DNA of 64,000 nucleotides from Tricharina praecox (Eukaryota), in assembly GCF_024521635.1 (NCBI RefSeq), contig NW_026250404.1, positions 2,232,001 to 2,296,000 of the forward strand, given 5' to 3'. A program made the position numbers and the translations under genes. The notes beneath the pieces are model-generated. The model was not told where the DNA came from. It ran no database searches and saw only the letters and a list, made by a program, of their open reading frames with translations. Positions 11,933 to 23,145 of the stretch are shown here, in pieces. How positions within the stretch are numbered: position 1 is the first letter of the stretch; every line of letters starts with the position of its first letter.

Positions 11933-13391
11933 ATGGCCAACTGCACGGAGCCGAAATTCATCTGCCACGATGGCATCTGCGACACAGACCTTGTTGCGGC
12001 CACAATCCAGCACGATATCGCGCCGCGATGTCGACGACTGCTGCACCTCCTCGCGCTGGAGCCGGAGACGGTCGAGGATCCATGGGCTGCCATACCGGTA
12101 CCCATCAAGTTCCAAACGAACTCCGTAGGCATCACCACGGAGACCAGCGTCACCAGCGTCACCGAGCCAGCGCAAGCCCAACCGTCGCCGTCGCCGTCGA
12201 CAGTCATAGACCTCATCTCCGATGTGTGGAACGGCTCTGAGCCGATAAACTACGTACGCACTTTACGCACGTTGCATTTCCGTCCGCACTGCTCTAACAC
12301 ACCCACTCCCACACCAGCACGCGCAAATCCACATCGGCACGCCTCCCGTCCCGTTCACCGTAGACCTCGACACTGGCTCCTCGCTTCTCTGGCTCCAATC
12401 GGTCCTGTCGCCCATTACCGACCTCCCTCTCCCCACGCAGCCGGCCTACGACCCCACCCGCTCGCTCACCTCACTCTCACAAAACTCCCGCACAAAGGTA
12501 ACCTACGCCGACGGCAGCAGCCTAATCGCCTCGCTGTTTACAGACGTCGTGCAGGTGGGGACGCTCCGCGCGCTCTCGCAGCCCCTCGGCGCCGCGGCGA
12601 CCCACAACATCAGCGGCGCGTTCCTGGGCGGGGCGAGCCACGGGATCCTGGGGCTGGGCGACTTCGGCCGGAAAAATCTCGTGCAAACACTCAAGTCGCA
12701 GGGCCAGCTGCGGCACGCGGCGATCGCGCTCATTGGCCCGCGCAACGATCCGAAGCTCGCGGAGGTGATTGATCGTGAGCGCACGCTGCAGCCACGGGGG
12801 AGCCTTGTTCTCGGCACTGTGGAGAGGAGGTTTTATACCGGTGAGATCGCGTGGTGTCCCGTGGTGTTTCAAGGAGGCAGGGAGATGTGGCTCGTGAGGC
12901 TGGATGAGATCAGGGTTAATGGCCACACGGTCGCCACGGGGCAGCAGGCGCTCATCGATACGGGCACGGCGTATATCGTTGCCAGCCAGCCGGCGTTTAG
13001 GGCCGTCAAGGCGGCGATTCCGGGGGCTGAGGATATCGTGGAGAAGGACCTGGAGAAGCGGAAGGGGAAGCAGAAGCAGAGCGCGATGTTCTCGTTCCCC
13101 TCGGCGAGCCTGCGCAGTGTCGAGTTCGTCTTTGGCGGGCGCAGCATGCAGCTGCGGCGGCAGGACTTTGGGCTCGGACAGATCAGGGTCGGTGAGGCTG
13201 GTAATAGGATGTGCGCGAGCATTGTGCAGATCCCCGGGGATGAGGGGAGGGAGGTGTTCAGGGGGAGGGAACAGATGTGGATTGTTGGCGGGATATTTCT
13301 CGATAATATCGTCACCGTCTTTGATTTTGAGAAGAGGAGGGTCGGATTTGCGACTATCGCAACAGAGGGGGTGGGGTTGGCTAGAATTTAG
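11933..13391 (+). CDS. Pepsin-like aspartic protease (MEROPS A1), two exons
   Basis: Intron ~12254-12318 joins NY|HAQIHIGTPPVPFTVDLDTGSSLLW. Flap TYADGS, GILGLG, second catalytic ALIDTGTAYI, WIVGGIFLDNIVTVFDFEKRRVGFA. Confidence 0.92.
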
Positions 13392-13608
13392 GGGCGGCTG
13401 AATTGAGAAGGCGGAAATACCCATTTCATTCCATTTGAATCACGCTTCAAATATACACATGAGATCACTCGGAACATCATCCACACCAGTATTTTTGCAT
13501 CTTTGCATCAGTCCATTCTGTTCTGTTCTCTCCGAACCCAACTTCCAACCATCCCCACCCCCCCTCATTATGCACCACCGCACCGTCTCCCATATGTCCT
13601 TTGATGGC

Positions 13609-13948
13609 TTAGGTATAATACTTAACAGGCGGCTTATACCCCGAAGTGGGCTTGTACGGCGGCTTATACCCCCCCGAAGTTGGCTTGTACGGCGGCTTGT
13701 AGTCGCGCTCGCAGAGTCCTATTCCCACGCACCCACAGAGAGTAAGTCCAGATTCACCACGGCCCACGGGTCGGAGAGGAGGAGAGGAGGGGGGGGGATC
13801 ATGGCATACCGTCTGAGCAGCCTGGCACCGGAGCGGGGACGGCGGCGGGGACGGCGGCTGGGATGGCGGCGGGGACCGGGGCGGCCAAAGAGGCCACAGC
13901 CAAAAGCAGGGTGAGCGCGATCGTGAGGGGGAGGGTGAGGCGGGTCAT
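13609..13948 (-). CDS. Small secreted proline/tyrosine/lysine-rich peptide precursor (82 aa, two exons)
   Basis: Exon 1 13948-13810, intron GTATGC...TAG 13809-13719, exon 2 13718-13609. Translation MTRLTLPLTIALTLLLAVASLAAPVPAAIPAAVPAAVPAPVPGCSDGLCERDYKPPYKPTSGGYKPPYKPTSGYKPPVKYYT*. TATATAA upstream at ~14010-14016 on the minus strand. Confidence 0.8.
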
Positions 13949-16293
13949 TTTGTTGATGATCTGGGGGGAGGAGGATAAGGGGACGAATGGGAGCGGGTAA
14001 GAGGGGGGGTTATATACTCCCTCTCCCTATATGCCTTTATGCGGTAGATAACGCAGAACGAAGTCCCCATCGTATACGGTACGATACCAAGCAACTGTCG
14101 CGACTCGCACTTCGTATTCAGTCATAGTAGTGAATCCAAGGGTCCCTAGGTGGGTGGGTGGGAGGAGCCCATTGGACGCCACAAGAGTCTCTGTTCAGCC
14201 GCTCCACTGCCCCGCTGCCCCGCTGCTCCAACCAGTCAACTATTTCGAGCGCGAAGTCCGTGAGCCGGAGTGCAGTCCCAGTCAACTGACTGCGTAGAGT
14301 ATCTTTACCGAGCCCCCAGGCTACGAGCGAGTAAAATTGGGTGCACTGGTGCCACATGTTTCAGGCCGCGAGTGAGACTGCGTGAGCGGCGTGGATGGCG
14401 TCTTGCATCCCCCCGCAGACTCCTAGGTAAGTGACAATTGATGCAATGACAGAGCACTAGCAGTGGGGGGCCAGTGAGTGCTTTACCAGAGATATCCCCA
14501 TTCTCCAACCAAATCGTTCATGCGGTGGCAGTATTGGAAATCTAGAACCACCGTGAGAACAACGCATCATCTCTGGATGTCAGGTCAAGGGAATTCTCGG
14601 CAAACGTGAGATTCGTTAAACTACCTACCAATCCCCATGGAGGGATCATCGTGTTCCAACGACTGTGTTCGTATTCCAGCAACGACCGTGCAGATACCAG
14701 GTAGTGATAGGCACGGGCTTTGTCCCACGACCAGTGATAACTATGATAGCCAGCTCCCGGGAGGACTCACCTACTTTCGTTCACGGCGGGGAGGGGGAGA
14801 GGGCAGCAGAGCTCGGGATACGGTAGCCTGTAGATATATTGATACCTCCATCATCGTATTCCAGAATCCAGAACAGTCCTTGCTGCGCAGTAAGAAGGCA
14901 CCAGCAGTGTGCATATTCTAGTGGCGAACAGCCATAGAAGTTTAGCAAACGATGTATGGTATGTCGCCATCTACCGGTTCGCTACGAATCAGCGGGGCAC
15001 AAACCACCATCGCGTGGACAGTATGGGCCCTGAATTGCGATTTGTTCTGGCTGCCCCTCTCGATTATTTCGGACCCGCAAATCGCAAGCCAAAGAGATCC
15101 GTGTGGCTTGGATACTTGATACACGGGAATTCGGGGAACTGTGATTTGTGATTTGCCAGTATAAAAATAGGTAACCTTCGTGCTCTGGAGTCTAGAGTCT
15201 AGAGTCTCCGACTCTCCGACTCTCCGGAACCATGGCAGTGGGCACACTCCTGATTACAATTACCCCCACTAAATCGATTATCGCACTCTGCCCAACTGCA
15301 GTTCCTCCAGCTACGAAGGCCCAAACACAAGCCTATATCCTCCATTACCGTCTTTAGCCGATACCATGGACACTCTTTGGAGGGGAGTAGACAGCAATAC
15401 CACGACTAATCCCTTCGAAGCTCAGGATCGAACGTGAGGCCGGCTTCCAACAGGTATCCGGTTTAGAATATTGTAGGAACGACGACTGCTACGGAGTAAC
15501 ATGTAGGTAGGGCGTTTCTGTCGCCGAATGACGGGGGGGTTTTGGAGGGTTTTGAGGAAGAGCTCATTAGGAAGTCCGAGAACTGGGGAGACGAGACGTT
15601 CTTTTGCCGGAGGCAGAGAGGGGGGAAGAACTGGGTTGGTCGACCCCAGTTCTCCGTGATAGCAGGTATGCCGGCTTCCTGACTAGGGAATTCCATGGTC
15701 CCAGTATTTGAGACATAACGTGTGCACTGCTGTCCCGCTACCGGCCTACGGGCCGAGGTTCTGGGTGTGTGGTTTCCGTGAAACGGTCGGCACAAGTGCC
15801 CCGGCGATATGCAGGATACCCGAGATGCGCATCTTTCTTCGCATTGCGGCTGGCGCTGATGCCTGAGGTGTGGAGAGGGGAAGCCGGGCCAGCAAAGACC
15901 ACCGGTGCATCAATGACAAGCCCCTCAATGTCACGTGTGGCTTGGGTAGATCCACACACGTAGACACATGCTTATTCACATAGAGATGGATTGGACGGTG
16001 TGGGGCTTGCATCGACCATCACTCATGTCAGTACGAGTCATTACCAAAGAAATAGAGTAATCGAGCATTGAAGATCGCTCTTCGTTTACAGTGGAGTGGA
16101 TTGAATGGGTTGGATTGGAAGCTACTCATACTCTACTTGAAATGACGTTGTAGCCGACATGAATCATCATCCCTGCATTACATAGAGTGCCCCGCACTAA
16201 GCCGCAATGAAGCTCAAAGAACTTCCCGAGTGTTCACCAACACCCGTCCACCTCGTCCACCCTTCCGCGAGTACAATCACCCGCTGCCCAGCA

Positions 16294-18300
16294 ATGTCCT
16301 CCATACCTCTCGCGCCGTACCCATCCAGCGCTCTACGCGCCTCGATCCCACCGCCCGAATGGTCCGCAATCGTCAGCAGCTGGAGCGCGGCACTCTCCGT
16401 GCTCCTCCAGCTCCCAGCCAGCAAGTTTGCCGTTGCCGGCAGCTCCGAAAACACCACCAATTTCCTGCTCAGTTACCTCGCCGGCTCGGGCCTCGCCACG
16501 GACGCGCCGCAGATATCGCTGCGCAAGAATGTCTTCCTGACTATCCACCGCGTGCTGTCGGAGCACCCGAAGACGGCGCTGTTGACCACCCCCGGCTTCC
16601 TGACGGCTTTCGCCCGCGTGTACGCCCGTGTCGCGGAGGCGCAGCGGCTGCTCGACGAGCTGTGGAAGAGCCGTGAGGTGGAGATGGAGGCGGCGGTTAA
16701 GGCGCTGAAGACTACACACTTGCCGGTGTTTCAGAAGGCGGCGATCAGCTATGATGATGCGGCGGAGCTGGGAAAGCTCTTTCAAGCGTCGCCGAAGGTT
16801 GCGGCGACATTTCTTGCGGGTGATGAGTTTGTCGAGGTTGCTATGGATGGCGGTGAGGCCACAGTGAAGCTGTTTGCTAAGGCTTGGTGTGAGGCCGCGA
16901 GAGTCAATTGGAGCGTCGTTATTGATGGGATATATTCGCTCACTTCGCCAAGCGGTGGCAGCAAGGAGAAGGCGCTCCTGGAGAAGCTGATGGGATTGGG
17001 GGTAGGGGCTAAGCTCGAGCAGCTAGCAGTAGGAACGGACTATGAAGGCCGGGTTGCCGGTGCAGTGGAGAAGCTACAGCCATTCGGGAGGGCCCCAGTG
17101 AAGAGGAAGAAGAGGGACACGAAAGGTAAGGGCAAGGCGGCAGTAACTCCCCATAGCCATGAGGAGGCGGAAATTGCGAGCAAGGTAGATACCATTCGAG
17201 ATCTACTCCCAGACTTTGGCACTGGCTTCCTGCGGAAGTGCTTGAAGGCAATGGACGGAGATACGGAAGCTGTCACCATGGCCCTATTGGATGGAAACTT
17301 GCCGGCGGGGTTGGACGGCGTTGACCGGAACGAGGAATAGTATGTTCATCGATCTTCCCTCAATAGTGATCGCAGGCTAACACCAAGCAGCATCCCCAGT
17401 GAGACACAGTTCGCACGCCCCTCGGTCACTCCAGCCACCCACACTCGATCGACCACACCCCAGCCCCAACGCAAGAACATCTACGACAACGACGAATTTG
17501 ACCGTCTTAAATCCTCCACCGTCTCAAAACTCACCACCGGCCGCCGCAACAACAACACCACTGCCGACGCTCTCATCGCCAAGGGTGCGAGTGAATACAA
17601 ATCCAATATCTTGTCCGCTCTCAGCGCTTTTGATGCAGACGATGACGAGCGCGACGATACATACGATTCTGCCGATATTGGTGGCGCAGTGGATAGAGAT
17701 GCCGAAGAGATCAACACTCGGGACGAGGTAGAAAAGGAAGGCTTCTCCCGCGAGGCGAGTGGAAAGACCGGCGAGATCAACACTCGGGACGACGTGGATA
17801 TGGAAATGTGGATGGTCTACAAACGCTCTCCGGAAGTCTTCTCCCGTGAGGCGAGAGGCGGAAATGCAAGGAAGGCTCTGAAGGAGAGCACGGCGAAGAC
17901 CGACGAGGACCTGGAAGGCTGGGCGAGCATGTTGCACCGCGAACCAGATAGACAGCGCAGGCTCGAGAAGCGCTTTGTGGATCAGGAAATGGCCACGGGC
18001 CGACAGCAGGTGCAACTGGAACGGACGAGGTGGACCGCAGGAGATACGGAGACGGAACGGGGCAGAGGAAGGGGTCGGGGCCGGGGTCGGGGCCGGGGCA
18101 GGGGCGGTATGGACAGGGCTGGAGGTGCCCCGGGCACAAGTGGAACCGGAGGTGAGGGTGGCCAACAGGGTCCACCTGGTGGTGAGGGCAGAGGAAGGGC
18201 GAAGAAGGAGCATAATAAGGGAAGAGTGGGCAACCATAATAGGCGGGAGGGACACGCCAAAAAGATGGCCAGGGGCTTTGGCGGAGCTCCTCCTGCTTAG
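16294..18300 (+). CDS. CUE3: CUE-domain protein, Cue3/Rqt3/ASCC2 orthologue (ribosome quality control trigger complex)
   Basis: CUE-like IRDLLPDFGTGFLRKCLKAMDGDTEAVTMALLDGNLP. RKNIYDNDEFD and DDDERDDTYD motifs, RG repeats, C-terminal KGRVGNHNRREGHAKKMARG. Intron ~17340-17390. An alternative in-frame ATG lies at 16207. Confidence 0.85.
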
Positions 18301-18660
18301 ATGTGGTTGTGCGGGAGCATCTGGGGATTATATCGGATACAGCCATGTCGTGTAATAGCACCGGTCACGCCAATAATGTCAGATGGGCATGTCCATCACT
18401 AGCGGTCAGTGATGTGAGGCCTGTACGGCCACTATTTGCCCGTGAACTGTGTAAATATTTGCCAGACAAGTAACACTCCATGATGCCTTCTATGATACGG
18501 CTAAGGGTACTAGGTATCCCAAAATTAAAGTACAATACATCTCAAAGGACCAAAGAACCAAAGAACCAACCCCCACGCAACGCCAAAAGAATCTAAGTAT
18601 CCAAACCCTTCCAATACGATGACATCTAACAAGAGACGGTTAGTCTTGCTTCATATAGAC
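18277..18660. repeat. Left copy of a ~385-bp diverged inverted duplication (partner 22227-22614)
   Basis: e.g. TAGCACCGGTCACGCCAATAATGTCAGATGGGC here versus the reverse complement of GCCCATCTGACATGATTGGCGTGACCGGTGCTA at ~22504-22536. Confidence 0.95.
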
Positions 18661-19791
18661 CGATCCTCGCGGTCATCACGACTCTCGCTGTAAGAGCTTG
18701 TGAGGGTCCCGTGCACGCTCATCGAGGGGCATAGGCAGTGGTGGCACCATCTTCTGCCGGAGCGATTACTCCAACTGTTTAGGCGGATATATCATATACT
18801 CCGGGCCATACAGGAGATCATGTATCTATCAGTGGGATCTGACGTAGGTACGTGGGCTGGAAGCTCTCCAGAGTTACGGATATCACGGATTCACGGGAAT
18901 GACGAGTCTCGAACCGAGTGAGTTACATGATGTCAGATCGAAGAAGATCTACCGTATTGGCTGACACCTAATGTTCTCTTATTTTTCCAGTCTCTCCGGT
19001 CCGGTCCGGAGGTCCTCTATATACAGAATTTGGAATGGTGATAGAGGTGGTTATACACAATCCCATCATTGCTGCCAACCCCATAACCGCGACATAAAGC
19101 ATAAAGAAAAAACAAAGTACGTTAATCCGTCTCACATAACCCTTCAACACATAAAACCCCCAGATTAGCACATCCCAGCCCACTTGATCGGATCACCAAC
19201 GACACAACCTCCTCCTATGTACCTCACTACCCCCGAGAGAAAGTCGTTGGAAAGTCGTTGGAAACTCGAAGGAAAAGCGATAATAATGTGGGTGGATTGT
19301 AGAGAGGGAATGTCGAAGGTGGAACCTGAGCCGGCGCACTATATAAGGATCCAGCGGGCACTTAACTACCTAGCAGATGATGCACATGTGGACTATATAT
19401 TATCAGTCGTCAGTTACTACTCTATTGATCGGGACCATTGAGGGAAGGAGGGAAGGAGCGAGGAAAGGTAACCAACAGTTTTCATTTTCGTAGTTGACGG
19501 GAGTGTTGAATTCCTCGTGGGCAGCAGTGGAGGCGATCTTGATGGATGATTGCTGCATATTGACTGAGGCACCTAGGTAGGTAGGATAGCGAGGAAAGTG
19601 TTGTATGTATGTGGTTTGTATTGGTCTTGAAGGCGGATTGCTGGTTGGCTGGATGGGGATCTGGAAACCGGGAGGATACGCTCGTCCTTTATACACAACA
19701 TTCCTCTATCCAGAGTCCAGACGCATCTTCAAGTGAAGTTTCCATCGTGATTCATGGTGTTTGGGATAATCGTGGTTTCTGGGCTTGGCCA

Positions 19792-20083
19792 ACAGCTGCT
19801 CCGCCAAAGTAAATCTGGTACTTTGGGTCATCTTGCTGCGTTCTGGCTGGCTTGGACTGCGGCGGGCTTGGACTGTAGCGGGCTTGGACTGTAGCGGGCT
19901 TGCGATTATTGTCAATTGATGGTACCTACCGTTAACTTCCAAGTACCACCAGCCGCTCCGCCAAAGGAAATCCTGTACTTTGGGCCATATGACTGCGTTC
20001 TGGCGAGCTTGGACTGTGGCGAGCTTGGACTGTGGCGAGCTTGAACTGTGGTGGACTTGCGATTCTTGTCACTTGGTGGTTAC
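19792..20083. repeat. Diverged tandem duplication (~158-bp period) with internal 15-bp repeats (GCTTGGACTGTRGCG)
   Basis: CAGCTGCTCCGCCAAAGTAAATC at ~19792 versus CAGCCGCTCCGCCAAAGGAAATC at ~19950. Confidence 0.85.
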
Positions 20084-21038
20084 GTTTGTGCTGGAATGCC
20101 GGTGGTCATGCGCGATCTCCGCTTCCCAGTCGCAGTTAAGAAGAACAATAGCAAGACTTTCTATAAGCGGGATATGTATAAGTAAGGTGGCAGTCTTGCG
20201 AGCTGTCGGTCACCAGCAACTAAACATATAGTTAGGTCTGGGCGGGCTTCATATAGAGACTCGCGCGGAACACGGGGCATGAAACCTGACGATTGTCTTC
20301 TCGTGAGAATCTGGATCTCTGAAACGAGCTCCTTAAGTCGGGATTCATAGAGGTTTCAATACGTCCTCTCTAGTTAAATGGTATGAGATTCGGGGACCAG
20401 ATCCGATGCGGTCACCTCAATGTTGAGATGTTCTCTGTTGCTGCTTTTATGTTTGTCTAGTCGGCCGGTCTCTTGTTCAACACAAGAGACTTCAGACATT
20501 ATCACCACCGCAGACATTATTATCATCACCACAGATATACTTTGAGATTGTTCAGCCTGATGGACATAGGCTACCTTTCTTTTCTTGTTGCTTTCTAGTC
20601 AATTGAATTACTCTCACCAGTTGCCCGTACCCGTCGAAGGTCTCTCAATGGTATATTTTGGTTTTTGGTGGTGGCAAATCATAGTTGAGCACTCAGCTTT
20701 TTCCACAGGAAAAAATATTACCCCTCTGGGCTAGTACACAAAAGTCACAAAATGCCCGTCTAAAGCCTCCCATACTAATTAACCACGATCAATACTGTTT
20801 TTTGAGCACTGTCACGACCTACTTTAAGGGCTGCTATACCTTCCTACGTTCGCTCTTAGATTTGCATAGCTGTTGTGGTTAAGAAGAGCCCGGGGTCAAA
20901 TTGGGTCTCAAAAGTGTCTCAAAAGTGTCGGTATAAGGAGTCCCCAACCACACATGAGACTGAGAGGGCGCCCACTAAAACGCTCACTAGGGCACGTGAA
21001 CACGGCATCTCCCACCATGTAACATCAATAACCCCACG

Positions 21039-21102
21039 ACGCGACGCGTCTTCCCAACCACTTTAGAAACTCTATCCACATCACTTTGCTTTTTGGACGC
21101 GT
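21039..21102. promoter_or_regulatory. MCB-like elements (ACGCGT) upstream of ECO1
   Basis: ACGCGACGCGT at 21039-21049 and ACGCGT at 21097-21102, 70-130 bp before the ATG of an S-phase gene. Confidence 0.55.
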
Positions 21103-21168
21103 TCCTCCTGCCTCTATTCTACTATACCCCACATACCCCACTGTATCATACGAATACGGCGCTCCACA

Positions 21169-22247
21169 ATGCCGATCCAGCCCCGACGGTATGTTCCTCT
21201 TCCGAACGTCTCGGTATCACCAGCTAATCCGTCGCCAGTCGTGCGCCAACCACATACTCCCGCAAAACCACTCCGTACTCACACACTCCGAGTAAACGCC
21301 GCCGGCTTGCCTCGCCCTCTGAAGAGCCGTCCTCGGAGCCGCCGGAGTCCACGCCGCCTCCCACCGCCGCAGCCGCACATCCCGCACCTCCCCACCCCTT
21401 CGTAATAACCAGCAAGCCGACCAGCACGCAAGCCTCGCGCGCGACCAGCACCCGGCGGCGCCGCCCCGCCGCTGCCGCCCCGCCCAAAAAACTAACCCAG
21501 CTCACCCTCGACCTCGGACAGCGGCTCCGCCACACCTGCGCGCTCTGCAAGATGTCGTACCACCCGTCGTCGCCGGACGACGTGCGTGTGCACACGCGGT
21601 TCCACCGCGCGTCGCTCGCGGGCGTGGAAGCGCCAGCATCGCTGTTCTCGCGCGTGATCTGGCGGGGCGCGGCGCCGGCGGCGACGGGGGATGACTCTGT
21701 CGCGGTGGTCACGGGCGAGTCGGCGCCGGCGGAAAAGAGGAAGGTCCGTGAGATGCTGCAGATCGTGGATTCGGAGCTTGGCGCTGCGGAGATCACAGAT
21801 GACGCGCTGTGGCGCGCTGGCAGATGGAAGGCATACCTCTTTTCCTCGTCGCGTAGGGTCGTCGGGTTTCTCCTCGCGGAGAGGATCCAGCGCGGCTATG
21901 TGGCGCGCGGAGGCGCGTCCGGCGCTGTGGTCATGGGGGAGGAGAGGCCGGCGCTGCTGGGCGTATGTAGGATTTGGACTGCGGGGGAGTGGAGGAGGCG
22001 GGGCGTCGCGAGGAGGTTGCTCGAGGAGGCAAGGCAGGAGTTTGTCTATGGTTTGAAGGTGGGCCGGGAGTTGGTTGCGTTTAGCCAGCCCACTGAGAGT
22101 GGTGCGGCGTTGGCGAGGGGGTGGTGGGGGGAGTTGAGGGAGGTCCATGGGAATAAGGAGAACGGAAAGGAGAAGGCAGAGACAGACGAGACAGAGGATA
22201 AGGGAGAGAGGGGGGAGGGCTGGTTAGTCTATGTGGAGCAGGACTGA
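21169..22247 (+). CDS. ECO1: Sister-chromatid cohesion N-acetyltransferase Eco1/ESCO, two exons
   Basis: ATG 21169, intron 21189-21238. PIP-like QLTLDLG, C2H2 finger TCALCKMSYHPSSPDDVRVHTRFH, GVCRIWTAGEWRRRGVARRLL, AFSQPTESG. Confidence 0.95.
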
Positions 22248-22614
22248 CTGTCTCTTGTTGGATGTCATCGGTTTTTTGGGTTTGGAAACTTAGATTCTTT
22301 TGGCGTTGCGTAGGGGGTTGACTTTTTGGGTTTTTGGTCCTTTGGTCCTTTTGGATGTACTTTACTTTTGGGGATACCCAGTACCCTTGGTCGTATCATA
22401 GAAGGCATCATGGAATGTTACTAGTCTGGCGAATACCTACACAGTTCACGGGTAAACAGTAGCCGTATCAGGCCTCACATCACTGACCGCTGGCGATTGA
22501 AACGCCCATCTGACATGATTGGCGTGACCGGTGCTAACTATTACAATTTACACAACATATGGCTGCATCCAATATCACTCCACAACCACATCTCAGCAGT
22601 AGGAGATCCACAAA
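22227..22614. repeat. Right copy of the inverted duplication (partner 18277-18660)
   Basis: Reverse-complement alignment by eye along the full length, with small indels. Confidence 0.95.
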
Positions 22615-22866
22615 TTCGCATTCAATCAATGAATGCACAAAAAAAAAGATGAGATCCACAAAAACACTTCCAACCGCCTTCGACTACTGCATGTCCTCTC
22701 TATTCTTATCTGCAACCTGTCGATGTCCTTTACACACCTTCCGTGAGCTCTTGAGTTCCATGTACCACTCCATCCGAATCGGCCTCCAGAACCGCCTCAC
22801 CACGTTTATATTAGCGGTTTATCGCAGTGCCAACAGCATCCACCTTCAGTTCTTTCTGCTTTTGTG

Positions 22867-23145
22867 CTATCCTGCTCGATCTGCGTTTACCGGGCACCTG
22901 ATGCTGCTCCCTTTCGTCCTCCCCCCCTTCTTGACGCCATCACTCTGGCGGTGAGCACTATTCCCGGAACCCGCAAGCTGTGCCCCCTCTCCACCCTCAT
23001 TGCCAGTCCTCGCAGGTAAAGAAGCGGCCAATTTTGCGGCCTCAAGAGCAGCTCTCTTCTCTTTTAGTTCCTTCGCCCTTGCCCTCCTTGCAGCCCTTGC
23101 ACGACCAAGCTCTATCATACGCTTCAGACTCTTTGCGCGTGCCAT
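22867..23145 (-). CDS. Possible small basic (K/R/A-rich) orphan protein
   Basis: First ATG (GCAATGG) downstream of TATATATA at ~23337-23344, giving MARAKSLKRMIELGRARAARRARAKELKEKR...; no recognisable family. Confidence 0.35.
   Translation of the reverse strand: MARAKSLKRMIELGRARAARRARAKELKEKRAALEAAKLAASLPARTGNEGGEGAQLAGSGNSAHRQSDGVKKGGRTKGSSIRCPVNADRAG

Noticed and set aside
14020..16200. tRNA, snRNA or snoRNA in the intergenic gaps
   Set aside because: No cloverleaf, A/B-box or snRNA signature recognised by eye here or in other gaps; tRNAscan-SE or Infernal would be needed to exclude them.
18277..22614. Pack-MULE-like transposon with long TIRs that captured ECO1
   Set aside because: The repeats are host sequence that includes the last codons of CUE3 and ECO1; no TSD or transposase is seen.
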